Below, in pieces: positions 1 through 9,809 of a stretch of 64,000 nucleotides of DNA. The stretch spans positions 1,654-65,653 of the forward strand of contig JAGGHK010000007.1 in assembly GCA_024104275.1 (NCBI GenBank), given 5' to 3'. This DNA is from Bifidobacterium sp. (GTDB lineage Bacteria; Actinomycetota; Actinomycetes; Actinomycetales; Bifidobacteriaceae). The notes beneath the pieces are model-generated. The model was not told the origin of the DNA, ran no database searches, and saw only the letters and a program-made list of their open reading frames with translations. How positions within the stretch are numbered: the first letter of the stretch is position 1; every line of letters starts with the position of its first letter. Position numbers and translations under genes: made by a program.

Positions 1-159
1 CGCCCCGTACCGGTGCGGAAATTTCGGAACTGCTTGGTTTGGGCGTGGCTTATACCAAGCGTGTTTATATCAATCCTCTCGTTGCTGAGGGTAGGTTGGC
101 ACTTGGCGTGCCTGGCAGGCCAAGGAGCCACAAGCAGACCTATCGGACGGTTGAATAGC

Positions 160-231
160 AAAAAGTCGGTCGATACGAGTTGGGGAATGGCTGGTTTACG
201 CCATTTCGGATTTCGTATCGACCGACATTTT
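160..231. repeat. REP-like palindromic element, copy 1
   Basis: Perfect 14-bp inverted repeat GTCGGTCGATACGA (165-178) / TCGTATCGACCGAC (213-226), inner TGGC..GCCA stem and A/T-tract flanks; lies just 3' of trpS. Confidence 0.8.
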
Positions 232-254
232 GGTTGGACGAGTATTGTTAAGGC

Positions 255-1364
255 TCAGTACTTCATGCCCATGGCTTCACGGACCTGGTCGAGGGTTTCC
301 TCGGCGATGGCGTTGGCGCGCTTGTTGCCGTCGTGGATGATGTCGCGAATCGAATCCATGTCCTTGGCCAGTTCGGCGCGGCGCTCGCGGTGCGGGGCGA
401 GGAATTCGTTGACGGACTTGATGACATACTGCTTCAAGGCGCCCGCCCCGGCATCGCCGATTTCCTCAGCGATTTCTGCAGGGTCGCGGTTGGTAACGAG
501 CCCGGCGGTGGTCAAAAGCGCGGAAACCTGCGGACGGTTAACCGGGTCGAAGGTGATTCGGCGCTCGGAATCGGTCGGGCTCTTCTTGATGAGTTTGGCA
601 GTCTCCTCCGCGGTGGCGCCGAGCATGATGGAGTTGCCGTAGGATTTGCTCATCTTGCGGCCGTCGAGCCCCGGAATCTCGGGCGCATCGGAAAGGATGG
701 CGGTCGGCTCGGGGAAAACGGGGTTCTTCTTGGCGTAACGCTCGTTGAAGCGGCGTGCGATGGTGCGCGTAATCTCGACGTGCGGCAGGTTATCTTTGCC
801 GATCGGCACGACGTTGGCCTTGCAGAAGAGGATGTCGCAGGCCTGATGGACGGGATAGGTAAGCAAGAGCCCGGTCAGCGCATGGCCGCTCGCCTCGGCT
901 TCGGCCTTGACGGTGGGGTTGCGTAGCAATTCCGCTTCGGTGACTAGAGACAAAAACGGCAGCATCAGCTGGTTTTCGCAGGGAATCGCGGAATGCGCAA
1001 AGATCATGGTCTTGTTCGGATCGATGCCGGCGGCAAGATAATCCAGCACCATGTTGAGCGTGTTGTCCTGAATATGTTCGGTGGTGTCGCGGTCGGTGAT
1101 GACCTGGTAGTCGGCGATGAGCACGTTGGTGTGCACGCCTTTGTTCTGCATCGCGACACGTTCGCGAATCGAACCGAAATAATGGCCGAGGTGCAGACGT
1201 CCGGTCGGCCGGTCGCCGGTGAGCATCGTGAATTTGCCGGGGTCTTTCTCGAGCTTGGCCAAAACCGCGTCAGAACGCTTCTTGGACTCGACAAAACTTG
1301 CGCTTATCTCGTTGCCCGCCGCAGTAACCTGTTCGTTTTCCGCGCCGTTCTGTGTGTCCGCCAT
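255..1364 (-). CDS. trpS: tryptophan--tRNA ligase
   Basis: TGDRPTG-HLGH (HIGH) and KMSKS motifs, VPIGKDNLPH; class I aaRS of TrpRS length. Confidence 0.97.
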   Translation of the reverse strand: MADTQNGAENEQVTAAGNEISASFVESKKRSDAVLAKLEKDPGKFTMLTGDRPTGRLHLGHYFGSIRERVAMQNKGVHTNVLIADYQVITDRDTTEHIQDNTLNMVLDYLAAGIDPNKTMIFAHSAIPCENQLMLPFLSLVTEAELLRNPTVKAEAEASGHALTGLLLTYPVHQACDILFCKANVVPIGKDNLPHVEITRTIARRFNERYAKKNPVFPEPTAILSDAPEIPGLDGRKMSKSYGNSIMLGATAEETAKLIKKSPTDSERRITFDPVNRPQVSALLTTAGLVTNRDPAEIAEEIGDAGAGALKQYVIKSVNEFLAPHRERRAELAKDMDSIRDIIHDGNKRANAIAEETLDQVREAMGMKY

Positions 1365-1502
1365 GACCTGCCCTTAATGTCTGGAATCCTTGAAAATCTT
1401 GTTTTTATGGTAAAAGTCTGAGCCGACAATGAAACGTAACAGATTGGGTGGTATTCTACATATTGATGGATTAATGTAAATACATAATATTCAGGGGGTC
1501 AA

Positions 1503-1925
1503 ATGGGCCGCGGACGGCAAAAGGCGAAACAGAAGAAGATAGCCCGTAAGCTTAAGTATTTGACAACCGATACCGATTATGACGAGCTGGCAAAGGAGCT
1601 GGGCGCGCAGGAACCGGGCAATGGATCGACAGACCCATTCACTGAGGTTGAGAAGCAATATTCACGGACGCATGGCGAGCCTGACGAAGAAACGCACGCG
1701 GATAACGCAAGTAGCGTAGACGACCATGAGGATTCGCCGGTTGCCGACGACGATTTGGATGACTATGCCAAGTGGGCCGCCGAAGCCGCGGCGAAGGCTT
1801 CCAGCAGCGACAACATAAAATCCGCGAGTGCCAAGAAAGCGCCGATGCCCAAGCCGCACAAGCCGATTCACATGCCCGTACCCAGCGCTTTGCGCAAGCC
1901 GAAGCCTAAGGAAGACAAGGCCTGA
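1503..1925 (+). CDS. DUF3073 family protein
   Basis: N-terminal MGRGRQKAKQKKIARKLKY signature of the actinobacterial DUF3073 family; AGGGG SD. Confidence 0.9.
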   Translation: MGRGRQKAKQKKIARKLKYLTTDTDYDELAKELGAQEPGNGSTDPFTEVEKQYSRTHGEPDEETHADNASSVDDHEDSPVADDDLDDYAKWAAEAAAKASSSDNIKSASAKKAPMPKPHKPIHMPVPSALRKPKPKEDKA

Positions 1926-2497
1926 AAGCAGGGCCGAGAGAGCAACAGCAGGTCTGATATTTCCGCGTGACCACATTTTCGTCGGCACGCGGATTTTTGT
2001 ATTCGAAGGACTTGAGCTTTAGTGATTTCGAAGGAATCTGGGGCGTCGAGGATATCGGCGATATCTGGAGTACCGGGATATTTTCTTAATCGACCTCGTT
2101 CGACCTCTGACCGGCCTTGTCGTGCTTCTGCAATTCGCTGATGGCTAAGCGTCGCGACTCACGTTGCGGGCGCGATTGCACGCGGGTTTGACTGTGATTG
2201 CAACCTTTCGATGAAGCGTCATAACTATTCGCGATATCCTTTGAAATAATTTTTCTGGATTGACGCGGCCGCGGCGTTTAGACTTGAACCACAACCGGTA
2301 CGCGACACCAGTCATCTCTTCCCCGAACCCGGCGAAACCGAACCAATTCAATTCAATCCAAGCGAAGCAAGGCATAGTGAAACAGAGTCGGGGACGAGCG
2401 GCTGGCGGGTGTCGCGCTTCGAAGAGGTATATGTGGCGGATTGGCGTGGTTGCGCCGGTTCCGCGACGATAAGCGATAAGGAAGAATGGGAGGGCAC

Positions 2498-3463
2498 ATG
2501 GTGCTTTCGAAATCCAGGAAAAAGGTAACGGTTGGCTTGCTGGCGGCAGTGGCCGCGTTGGGCATCGCGCTTTCGGGCTGCGGTGGCACCATTTCCGCGC
2601 CGGCACCGAGCCCGGCGCCCAAGCAGGCCACGGGCAAGCCGCTCGATACCAAGGCCTACGACAAGCTTGTGAATTCCGGCGAGGTGGCAAGCGGCTCCAC
2701 CGTCAACGCCAACAAGTGGGCCAAGGCCGTCAAAGAGCAGGGCGTACTGAAGGTCGGCGGCGTGAAGTCCTCGGCGCTGTTCTCGCTGCAAAGCCCCGAC
2801 GACAACAAGGTGCGCGGTTTCGACGCGGGCCTCTCCCAGCTGCTCGCCCGCTACATCCTGGGCGACGCGAAGACCTCCGTGAGTGTGGTCGACTCCTCCA
2901 CGCGTGAGGCCGTCTTGCAGAACGGCACCGTCAACACGGTTTTCGCCACCTACTCCATCAATCCGGCGCGTCAGCAGAAGATTGATTTCGCCGGCCCTTA
3001 CCTCACCAGCCAGCAGGCGATCCTAGTCAAGTCCACCAACAAGACCATCAATTCCGTCAACGATCTGGCGGGCAAGAAGGTCGGCGTGCAGGCTGGCTCC
3101 ACCGGCCCGGCCATCGTCAAGAAGTTCGCGCCCAAGGCCAGCGCGCAGGAATTCCAGACCGACGCCGAGCTCGTGCAGGCCCTCAAGCAGGGCCGCATCG
3201 ACGCCTACGTGGTCGACGAGTCGCTTGTGCTCGGCGACATCGCCAAGGAACCGCAGGCTTTGAAGCTCGCCGGCAAGCCCTTCGGCGACAAGGACGAGTA
3301 CGGCATCGGCCTGCCCAAGGGATCCGACGGCGCCGCGTTCGTCAACGCCTGGCTCAAGAAGATCGAGACCGATGGCACCTGGGCCAAGCTCTGGAAGCTC
3401 ACTGTGGGCGAGCGCACCGGCGTCACCAAGGTGCCGACGCCTCCCGCCATCACCAAGGAGTAA
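2498..3463 (+). CDS. polar amino acid (glutamate-type) ABC transporter substrate-binding lipoprotein
   Basis: Signal peptide with lipobox LSGC, GFDAGL, ATYSINPAR and FAGPY motifs; GGAGGG SD before ATG 2498. Confidence 0.92.
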   Translation: MVLSKSRKKVTVGLLAAVAALGIALSGCGGTISAPAPSPAPKQATGKPLDTKAYDKLVNSGEVASGSTVNANKWAKAVKEQGVLKVGGVKSSALFSLQSPDDNKVRGFDAGLSQLLARYILGDAKTSVSVVDSSTREAVLQNGTVNTVFATYSINPARQQKIDFAGPYLTSQQAILVKSTNKTINSVNDLAGKKVGVQAGSTGPAIVKKFAPKASAQEFQTDAELVQALKQGRIDAYVVDESLVLGDIAKEPQALKLAGKPFGDKDEYGIGLPKGSDGAAFVNAWLKKIETDGTWAKLWKLTVGERTGVTKVPTPPAITKE

Positions 3464-3595
3464 ACGCTGGCTCGGGTGTGCGTCCGCGCATAATGGAATA
3501 AACGGCTCGTGCGTGAAGACATATGTGAGAACAGATTCACGCGCGAAACGACGCACGCCGACATGTCGCGCTGGGGGCGATGAGAAAGGGCGGAT

Positions 3596-4279
3596 ATGGC
3601 CACACATCAATCGTTATGGGGGTCGCTGGTGTACCTCCTAGCCCACTACGGCTGGCAGTACGTCTCCAGCTACGGGGTCGCGCTGCGCATCGGCGTGCTC
3701 TCGTTCCTCGGCGGGGTGGCGCTCGCGTTTGTGCTCACCATGTTGCGTGTGAGCCCCATTCCCCCACTGCGCGCCGCGATTTCGTTTTACGTCGAAGTCT
3801 TCCGTAATATTCCGGTGCTGGCGCTGCTCATTTTCATTGTCTTCGCGCTGCCCGAGGTCGGCTTGGTGATCGATTATGAACCCAGCGTCATCGTCACGCT
3901 CATCCTCGTGGCCTCGGCGTTCGGCTGCGACGCCCTGCGCAGCGGCATCAACGCCATTGACCCGGGCCAGGTAGAGGCCGCGCGGTCGCTCGGCCTCACG
4001 TTCTTCGACATTGTCACCTCCATCATCATGCCGCAGGCGCTGCGCACGGTGGTGCAGCCGATGGTCACCCTCTTCATCTCGGTGATCGTCAGCTCCTCGA
4101 CCGGTGCGATGGTGCCGCTGGCCCACACCGAGCTCACGGGCCTGGTCAACCAGATCAACACCAAGGACGCTCTGGGCATCCCCACCTTCTTCGTCGCCGC
4201 GATGTTCTACGTGTGCACGGGCCTGGTGATCGCCGCGTTTGGCCGATTCCTCGAGAAGAAGGTGGCGCTATGTCGATGA
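3596..4279 (+). CDS. amino acid ABC transporter permease
   Basis: FRNIP and EAA-loop (LRSGINAIDPGQVEAARSLGL) motifs; hydrophobic segments. Confidence 0.93.
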   Translation: MATHQSLWGSLVYLLAHYGWQYVSSYGVALRIGVLSFLGGVALAFVLTMLRVSPIPPLRAAISFYVEVFRNIPVLALLIFIVFALPEVGLVIDYEPSVIVTLILVASAFGCDALRSGINAIDPGQVEAARSLGLTFFDIVTSIIMPQALRTVVQPMVTLFISVIVSSSTGAMVPLAHTELTGLVNQINTKDALGIPTFFVAAMFYVCTGLVIAAFGRFLEKKVALCR

Positions 4280-5103
4280 AATCGAGATCGTTGAGCCCCA
4301 CCGAGGCCGCGCTGTTCGAGGCCGGCGGGCCGCGCACCAAACGCCGCATCGCCGTGGGCACCGCCGTGGCCGTCGCCGCGCTGGCGGCGTTGCTCGCGTG
4401 GGTGGTTTATCGCCTGTATATCAACGGGCAATTCGCGCCCATGTATTGGAGCCTTTTCGGCGATCCGAAGGTCTGGGGATTTCTTGGGATGGGCCTCGTT
4501 GGCACATTGCGCGCGGCGTTTGGCGCAGGCGCGATCGGGCTGGTGTGCGGCCTGGTGCTGATGTTCGGGCGCATGTCTGGAATCGCGCCGATTCGCTGGC
4601 TTTCCATCGCCGTCATCGAGTTCGTGCGCGGCACCCCGACCCTGCTCTTCATCTATTTCTTCTTCCTCGTGCCGGCGCAGTTCGGCATCCATATGAGCAC
4701 CTACTGGATGGTGGTCATCCCCGTGGCCAGCTACGCCTCCGCCGTGCTCGCCGAGGTCTTCCGCTCGGGCGTCGAGGCTGTGCCGATCGGGCAGAAGGAG
4801 GCCGCGCTTTCGCTGGGCCTCACCCGTTGGCAGATGTACCAGTCCGTCGTCCTGCCGCAGATGTTCCGCATCGTGGTGCCGACCATGGTCGCCCAGCTCG
4901 TCGTCGTGGTCAAGGACACGACCTTCGGCTACGTGGTCACCTACCCCGAGATGATGCAGAACACGAAAGTGCTGATCGCCAATTACAACAGCCTGCTGCC
5001 GGTCTATTTGGTGACGTCGATTATCTATGTGCTCATCAATTACGCGATTTCGTGGTTCGCGCGCTGGCTTTCCGACCGGATTGGCCTTGATTTTGAGGTG
5101 TGA
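4276..5103 (+). CDS. amino acid ABC transporter permease
   Basis: RGTP and EVFRSGVEAVPIGQKEAALSLGL motifs; ATGA overlap with the upstream permease. Confidence 0.93.
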   Translation: MKSRSLSPTEAALFEAGGPRTKRRIAVGTAVAVAALAALLAWVVYRLYINGQFAPMYWSLFGDPKVWGFLGMGLVGTLRAAFGAGAIGLVCGLVLMFGRMSGIAPIRWLSIAVIEFVRGTPTLLFIYFFFLVPAQFGIHMSTYWMVVIPVASYASAVLAEVFRSGVEAVPIGQKEAALSLGLTRWQMYQSVVLPQMFRIVVPTMVAQLVVVVKDTTFGYVVTYPEMMQNTKVLIANYNSLLPVYLVTSIIYVLINYAISWFARWLSDRIGLDFEV

Positions 5104-5165
5104 TGCCTAGTGGCGTGGCGAGTGGAGACTTTTTGTGTTGAGGTCTAAAAGTGGCCACGCGATTG

Positions 5166-5582
5166 TCAATCCAGCGGCAGCAGTGCGCTCAAATCGTCGC
5201 GCTCTCCTATCGCGCTGATTCGGCCGGCGTCTTTTTCCTCGTTCCATTTGGTCAGACCGCAAGCCAAGCGCAGCCATACGTCCGGGTCAAGTTCGATGAC
5301 GTCGGGCGGGGTGAGATTATGCGGATCCGAAGCCGGGCCGTCGAGGATTTTCACCGCTCCCCACGGTGCCACGCGCACTTCGACGCCGGGGCCGGGGGCC
5401 TTGTTTTCCAAGAGATACAGCGAATACCGCACCGCCATCGCCCACGTATTACGAGGCAGGTCATTAGGCGAAAACTCGAGCCTCGCCTCAAGTGGTTCGC
5501 CGCGATGCGCGTCCGCCGCCTTGCGCCACTGATCGAGCGCCGCCATGCCCTTCGAAATATCCTGTTCCCGTATCGCTGCCAT
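5166..5582 (-). CDS. bacterial sterol carrier (SCP orthologue) family protein
   Basis: APGPGVEVRVAPWGAV..GP..H..TPP.VIE motif typical of this actinobacterial family. Confidence 0.82.
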   Translation of the reverse strand: MAAIREQDISKGMAALDQWRKAADAHRGEPLEARLEFSPNDLPRNTWAMAVRYSLYLLENKAPGPGVEVRVAPWGAVKILDGPASDPHNLTPPDVIELDPDVWLRLACGLTKWNEEKDAGRISAIGERDDLSALLPLD

Positions 5583-5692
5583 AGCGTCATCGTCCCTCGC
5601 CTTATGGACGGGATGAGGTGAGGAACAATGTCTTGTCGGCTATTGCAATTCCGGTTTTCTGGCGGACGGAATGGTGACATATGAGCAAAACA

Positions 5693-5730
5693 AAACCGCC
5701 GCACTGTCAACAAAGGCGATGCGGCGGTTT
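5693..5730 (-). terminator. intrinsic terminator of the 5752-5967 gene
   Basis: AAACCGCCGCA / TGCGGCGGTTT 11-bp stem followed by a T-rich tail on the minus strand. Confidence 0.75.
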
Positions 5731-5751
5731 GAATAATGAAATGAATAAAGG

Positions 5752-5967
5752 TCAGGCGGTAGCGGCTTCCGGGCCCTCTTCGGGCTTCGGATCGGCTTCC
5801 TTATCAAGACCCAAATCGACTGGCGAAGAGCTGTTTTCCCACGGCTCTTCCCACGGATCGTAGTCGGGGTTCTGCTGCTTGTACATATACAGGCCGACGA
5901 CTGCAGCAAGCAGACCGCCGAAAAGCAGCGCAAAGAACTTCCAACCGTTAGAAGACTTGTTCTCCAT
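5752..5967 (-). CDS. small membrane-anchored protein (possibly DLW-39-like)
   Basis: AGAAAGGA SD before ATG 5967, one TM segment, DPWEEPW motif and acidic tail. Confidence 0.7.
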   Translation of the reverse strand: MENKSSNGWKFFALLFGGLLAAVVGLYMYKQQNPDYDPWEEPWENSSSPVDLGLDKEADPKPEEGPEAATA

Positions 5968-6268
5968 GACGGCTCCTTTCTTAAGTGCCGGCTTGCGCGT
6001 CCAAGCCAACGTTGCTTCTATCCTAGCCGATGTTTTGTGACAATTGGGTGGAAAACCCACGAAAAGCGAAAACTTCAAGGTCTGTACACGTTCCGTACAC
6101 ACCCAAATGGAGGTATTTTAAATATGATTGGCGGTTTTCCGCGGTTCTGTTTTTAAATGGTCCTGTTTGGGTGTGCGGCCATAAGTCATAATTCTAAACC
6201 CTGAAAACACAACGAAAACGACGGTTGCCGCAAACGGCCTTGTACCCTTCGGCCGATAAAATGCAACA

Positions 6269-7045
6269 ATGACCAATGAGAGTGACGACATCCTGCGCTG
6301 GTTCCGCAAATTCAAATACCAATGGCGTGCCGGCGGGGCGGTGGTTACGTGGGTGATTGTCGCTGCTTGTGTGGCGGTGTGGCTCCTGGAAGTCCTGCTC
6401 AAATACACTTCGCCGATGCATTTCAACAGCCTGATTTTCAATGGATCGTTCACGTCTGGCCTGGCGGTGGTGAAGCCTTGGATGTGGCTGACGTCGATGT
6501 TCATGCACGATCCGAATGTATTGCATGTGCTGGGCAATATGCTCACGCTGATTATCATCGGGCCGTATCTGGAAGGTCTGCTCGGACACTGGTGCTTCCT
6601 CGCGGTCTACCTGATTTGCGGGCTGGGCGCGTCTGACGGCCAGATGGTCTATAGCTATTTCACCAACGATTGGAACATGTCATCATACGGTGCTTCGGGC
6701 GCGCTGTTTGGGCTTTTCGGCGTGGTGCTGCTCGTTTTCCGGCGTACGCACGAGGACATCCGCGGGATGGTGGTTTGGATTGTCCTTGATTTGGCGATGC
6801 CGCTGTTCGTGCCGCATGTGGCTTGGCAGGCGCACGTCGGCGGATTCATCACCGGTCTTGTGCTGACTTGGTTGCTGCTTGACGGGATTCCCGCGCTGCG
6901 ACGTCGCCCGCTATGGGTGCGGACGCTGGTCTACGGCGCGATTCTCGTGGTGCTGTTGGTGGCGCTGGCGGTGGTGCTGACGCCGCAATGGCTCATTCGT
7001 TTCGAGTTGCGCACCCCGCAGGTCGTTCCGACCTACGTGCCGTAG
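6269..7045 (+). CDS. rhomboid family intramembrane serine protease
   Basis: H..GNM, GASG (catalytic Ser) and AHVGG (catalytic His) motifs. Confidence 0.93.
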   Translation: MTNESDDILRWFRKFKYQWRAGGAVVTWVIVAACVAVWLLEVLLKYTSPMHFNSLIFNGSFTSGLAVVKPWMWLTSMFMHDPNVLHVLGNMLTLIIIGPYLEGLLGHWCFLAVYLICGLGASDGQMVYSYFTNDWNMSSYGASGALFGLFGVVLLVFRRTHEDIRGMVVWIVLDLAMPLFVPHVAWQAHVGGFITGLVLTWLLLDGIPALRRRPLWVRTLVYGAILVVLLVALAVVLTPQWLIRFELRTPQVVPTYVP

Positions 7046-7090
7046 ACCGAGGCCTGGCACCGGGGCAGGGTTCTTACCTGCTTATCCGGA

Positions 7091-8122
7091 CTACTGATCT
7101 GCGCGATGCTGGCGAAGGACGGACTCGACCAGCCGCGAGTAGAGGTCGGCGAGACCGTAACCGGCGGCGATGGCGGTCTGCGGCAGCTGCGAGGTTGCGG
7201 TCATGCCGGGGGCCACGTTCGACTCGAGGAACTGCGGGACTCCAGCCGAATCGACGATGAAGTCGGCGCGGGAGATGTCGCGCAGGCTCAACGTGTTGTG
7301 GGCCGTCAAAGCCGCTTCCTGTGCCGCTTCGAGAACGGCTTCTGGCAGGCGTGCGGGAACGTAGAAGTCCGTAGGTCCTGGGGTCACGCGGGCTTCGTAG
7401 TCGTAGTCGCCGTCAGGAGTGGCCACTTCCAGCGGCGGCAGGACGAGCGGTTCCCCGTCGATTTCCAGCACGGATACCGAGATTTCGGTACCGGTGACTG
7501 CCTTTTCAACGAGCGCGACGTCGCCGTATGCGAAGCTGTTCACCATCGCCTGCGGAAGCTCCGATGCCTTGTCGACGCGGGTGCAGCCCATCGCCGAACC
7601 GCCTTGCGTCGGCTTGACGAAAAGCGGCAACTTGAGCGAGGAGACCAGCAGATCAACCACTTTCTTCGCGCCCAGCTCGCGGAACGTCGATTCGGGCAGC
7701 GCCACCGAAACCGGCGTGGAAAGCCCGCCGAGCTTGCGCACCACGTTCTTGGCGATGGGCTTGCTCCAGGCCGTCCGTGAGGCCTTCGCGCGCGAGCCGA
7801 TATACGGCAGTCCCTCCATCTCGAGGATGTCGCGGATCGAGCCGTCCTCACCGTTGGCGCCGTGTAGCAGCGGCCAGACGATGTCGGGGCGGGTCTCGGG
7901 GTCGCTCAGGTACGGCAGGAGCTCGCTGTCCATATCGTGCGTGGCGACGTTCCAGCCGGCCTCCTCGAGGTAGCCTCCGACACGGTGACCGCTGGAAATC
8001 GAAACGTCGCGCTCGTGGCTCATTCCGCCGCAGATGACGAGCACCTTGGTCGCGGCGCGGTCGATGGGAGCGTGGTCTTTTATTGTGGCTGTGTGCTTTG
8101 TGGCTTTGATGTGCTTTGCCAT
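7091..8122 (-). CDS. ddl: D-alanine--D-alanine ligase family ATP-grasp protein
   Basis: GGMSHERDVS, LHGANGEDG, FVKP..GGS and ESNVAPGMT motifs. Confidence 0.9.
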   Translation of the reverse strand: MAKHIKATKHTATIKDHAPIDRAATKVLVICGGMSHERDVSISSGHRVGGYLEEAGWNVATHDMDSELLPYLSDPETRPDIVWPLLHGANGEDGSIRDILEMEGLPYIGSRAKASRTAWSKPIAKNVVRKLGGLSTPVSVALPESTFRELGAKKVVDLLVSSLKLPLFVKPTQGGSAMGCTRVDKASELPQAMVNSFAYGDVALVEKAVTGTEISVSVLEIDGEPLVLPPLEVATPDGDYDYEARVTPGPTDFYVPARLPEAVLEAAQEAALTAHNTLSLRDISRADFIVDSAGVPQFLESNVAPGMTATSQLPQTAIAAGYGLADLYSRLVESVLRQHRADQ

Positions 8123-8136
8123 AATGTAATGCTCCT

Positions 8137-9501
8137 TCAGTCTTTCTTATCCGTGTCGGCGGTGCGGTCGGCTTGGCGCTCGTCTGCGTCGGCCGACGCG
8201 GTGCCGAAGAGTTCGGCGGTCTTGAGCTCGTTGTTCATCACACCCGCAAGGCGTTTGATGCCCAGCGTGATCTTGTCCGGCGTCGGATAGCAGAACGAAA
8301 GGCGCATATGGTGCGTACCGCTGCCGTCGAGGAAGAAGCCGGTGCCGGCCACGTAGGCGACTTTCGCGGTGATGGCGCGGGGCAGCATTTCCTTGGAATT
8401 GAGGCCCTCCGGAATCTTCAGCCAGATGTAGAAACCGCCTTTGGGCTTGTTCCAGGAGCAATACGGCAGATACTCGTGCAGCGCCGCGTCCATGGTGTCG
8501 CAGCGTTCCTTGTACATGCCCCGATACTGGCTGATCTGGTGCTTCCAGTCGAAGTTGTCGAGGTAGGTGGTGATGGTCATCTGGCTCATGTTCGGCGGGC
8601 AGAGGATCGACGCCTCGTTGGCCAGGATGAGCTTCTTGCGGATTCCCGGAGGCGCCACGATCCACGCGATGCGCATGCCCGGCGCGATGATCTTGGAGAA
8701 GCTGGAAAGGTAGACCACGTTTTCGGCGTCCATCGAGCGCAGCGCGGGGTAGGTCTGGCCGTTGAAACCGAGCAGGCCGTAAGGGTTGTCCTCGACGATA
8801 AGTACGTGGTATTTGCGCGCGATCTCGATGATGCGCGGGCGGCGCTCGACGCTCATCGTCACGCCTGCGGGGTTATGGAAATTGGGCACGGTATAAAGGA
8901 ACTTGACCTTTTTGCCGGCCTTGAGCTGGGCCTTGATGGTCTCCTCGAACGATTCGGGAATGAGCCCATCCTTGTCGGTCTGCGCGTTGACCACATCGAC
9001 CTGGAAGGACGAGAAGACGCCGAGCGCGCCCACATAATTCGGGGCTTCGGCGATTACGACATCGCCCGGATCGCACATGATGCGCGTGACGAGGTCGATG
9101 GCGTTCTGCGAACCGTTGGAAATCACCACGTCGTCGGGCTGCACGTCCTTGATGCCTTCGAGCGCCATGATCTGCAGCACGTCCTCGCGCAGATGCGGAT
9201 TGCCCTGCGCCGAGCCATACTGCCAGGCCACGTCTCCCTTGTCCACGAGCATTTTGGCGATAAGTTCCGAGAGCTCCTTGAACGGCAGGTATTCCAAATA
9301 CGGCATGCCGCCGGCCAACGAGACCACGTCCGGGCGCGAGGCCGTGGCGAACAGGGCGCGGATTTCGGAGGCGCGCATGTTGCCGGCGCGGGCCGCGTAG
9401 GAGTCGTACCACGGGTCGTTCTTGAAGACCTTGGACTCGGTGGCTTTTGCAGCGGCTTTCCCCTCGTTCGGTTTTCCGGAAATGTTCTTGGTCTCAGACA
9501 T
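8137..9501 (-). CDS. PLP-dependent aminotransferase class I/II
   Basis: SLAGGMP, YTVPNFHNPAG, EDNPY and SFSKIIAPGMRIAW (PLP lysine) motifs; GAAGGGA SD before ATG 9501. Confidence 0.93.
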   Translation of the reverse strand: MSETKNISGKPNEGKAAAKATESKVFKNDPWYDSYAARAGNMRASEIRALFATASRPDVVSLAGGMPYLEYLPFKELSELIAKMLVDKGDVAWQYGSAQGNPHLREDVLQIMALEGIKDVQPDDVVISNGSQNAIDLVTRIMCDPGDVVIAEAPNYVGALGVFSSFQVDVVNAQTDKDGLIPESFEETIKAQLKAGKKVKFLYTVPNFHNPAGVTMSVERRPRIIEIARKYHVLIVEDNPYGLLGFNGQTYPALRSMDAENVVYLSSFSKIIAPGMRIAWIVAPPGIRKKLILANEASILCPPNMSQMTITTYLDNFDWKHQISQYRGMYKERCDTMDAALHEYLPYCSWNKPKGGFYIWLKIPEGLNSKEMLPRAITAKVAYVAGTGFFLDGSGTHHMRLSFCYPTPDKITLGIKRLAGVMNNELKTAELFGTASADADERQADRTADTDKKD

Positions 9502-9710
9502 CAACCATCCCTTCCTTCGGTTGCAGCCCCGAATCAGACGAGCGCCGCCTTCCAAACAGATTTCGCGCGACTAACGAATATAAGAGAAGACTCTAGTCGC
9601 CGTCGCTCCCCGCGCAATCCTCGACGGGAAAACAGCACCGCTTCAACACGCTTCCGGTGGTTTTGGCGATGGGTGTTGTGCGTGATGTTTTGTCTGATAG
9701 CGACATGCAT

Positions 9711-9776
9711 TTGACGGATGAAAACACTATAGTAAAATTAAGGTAATCGTAATTACCTTAACTACGATTACCTTAA
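9711..9776 (+). promoter_or_regulatory. promoter with palindromic operator upstream of the ATPase_2/DUF234 gene
   Basis: TTGACG-N16-TAAAAT; palindrome TTAAGGTAAT-CGTA-ATTACCTTAA (9738-9761); second inverted 14-mer TACGATTACCTTAA (9763-9776). Confidence 0.7.
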
Positions 9777-9809
9777 TGATGATTTCCTTATAAGTGCGGT
9801 GGCTGCAAT

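Noticed and set aside
13-1421. Plus-strand ORFs overlapping trpS (13-642, 333-926, 993-1421)
   Set aside because: Antisense shadows of a GC-rich gene; no motifs.
8173-9714. 513-aa plus-strand ORF
   Set aside because: Antisense shadow of the aminotransferase, caused by GC3 bias.
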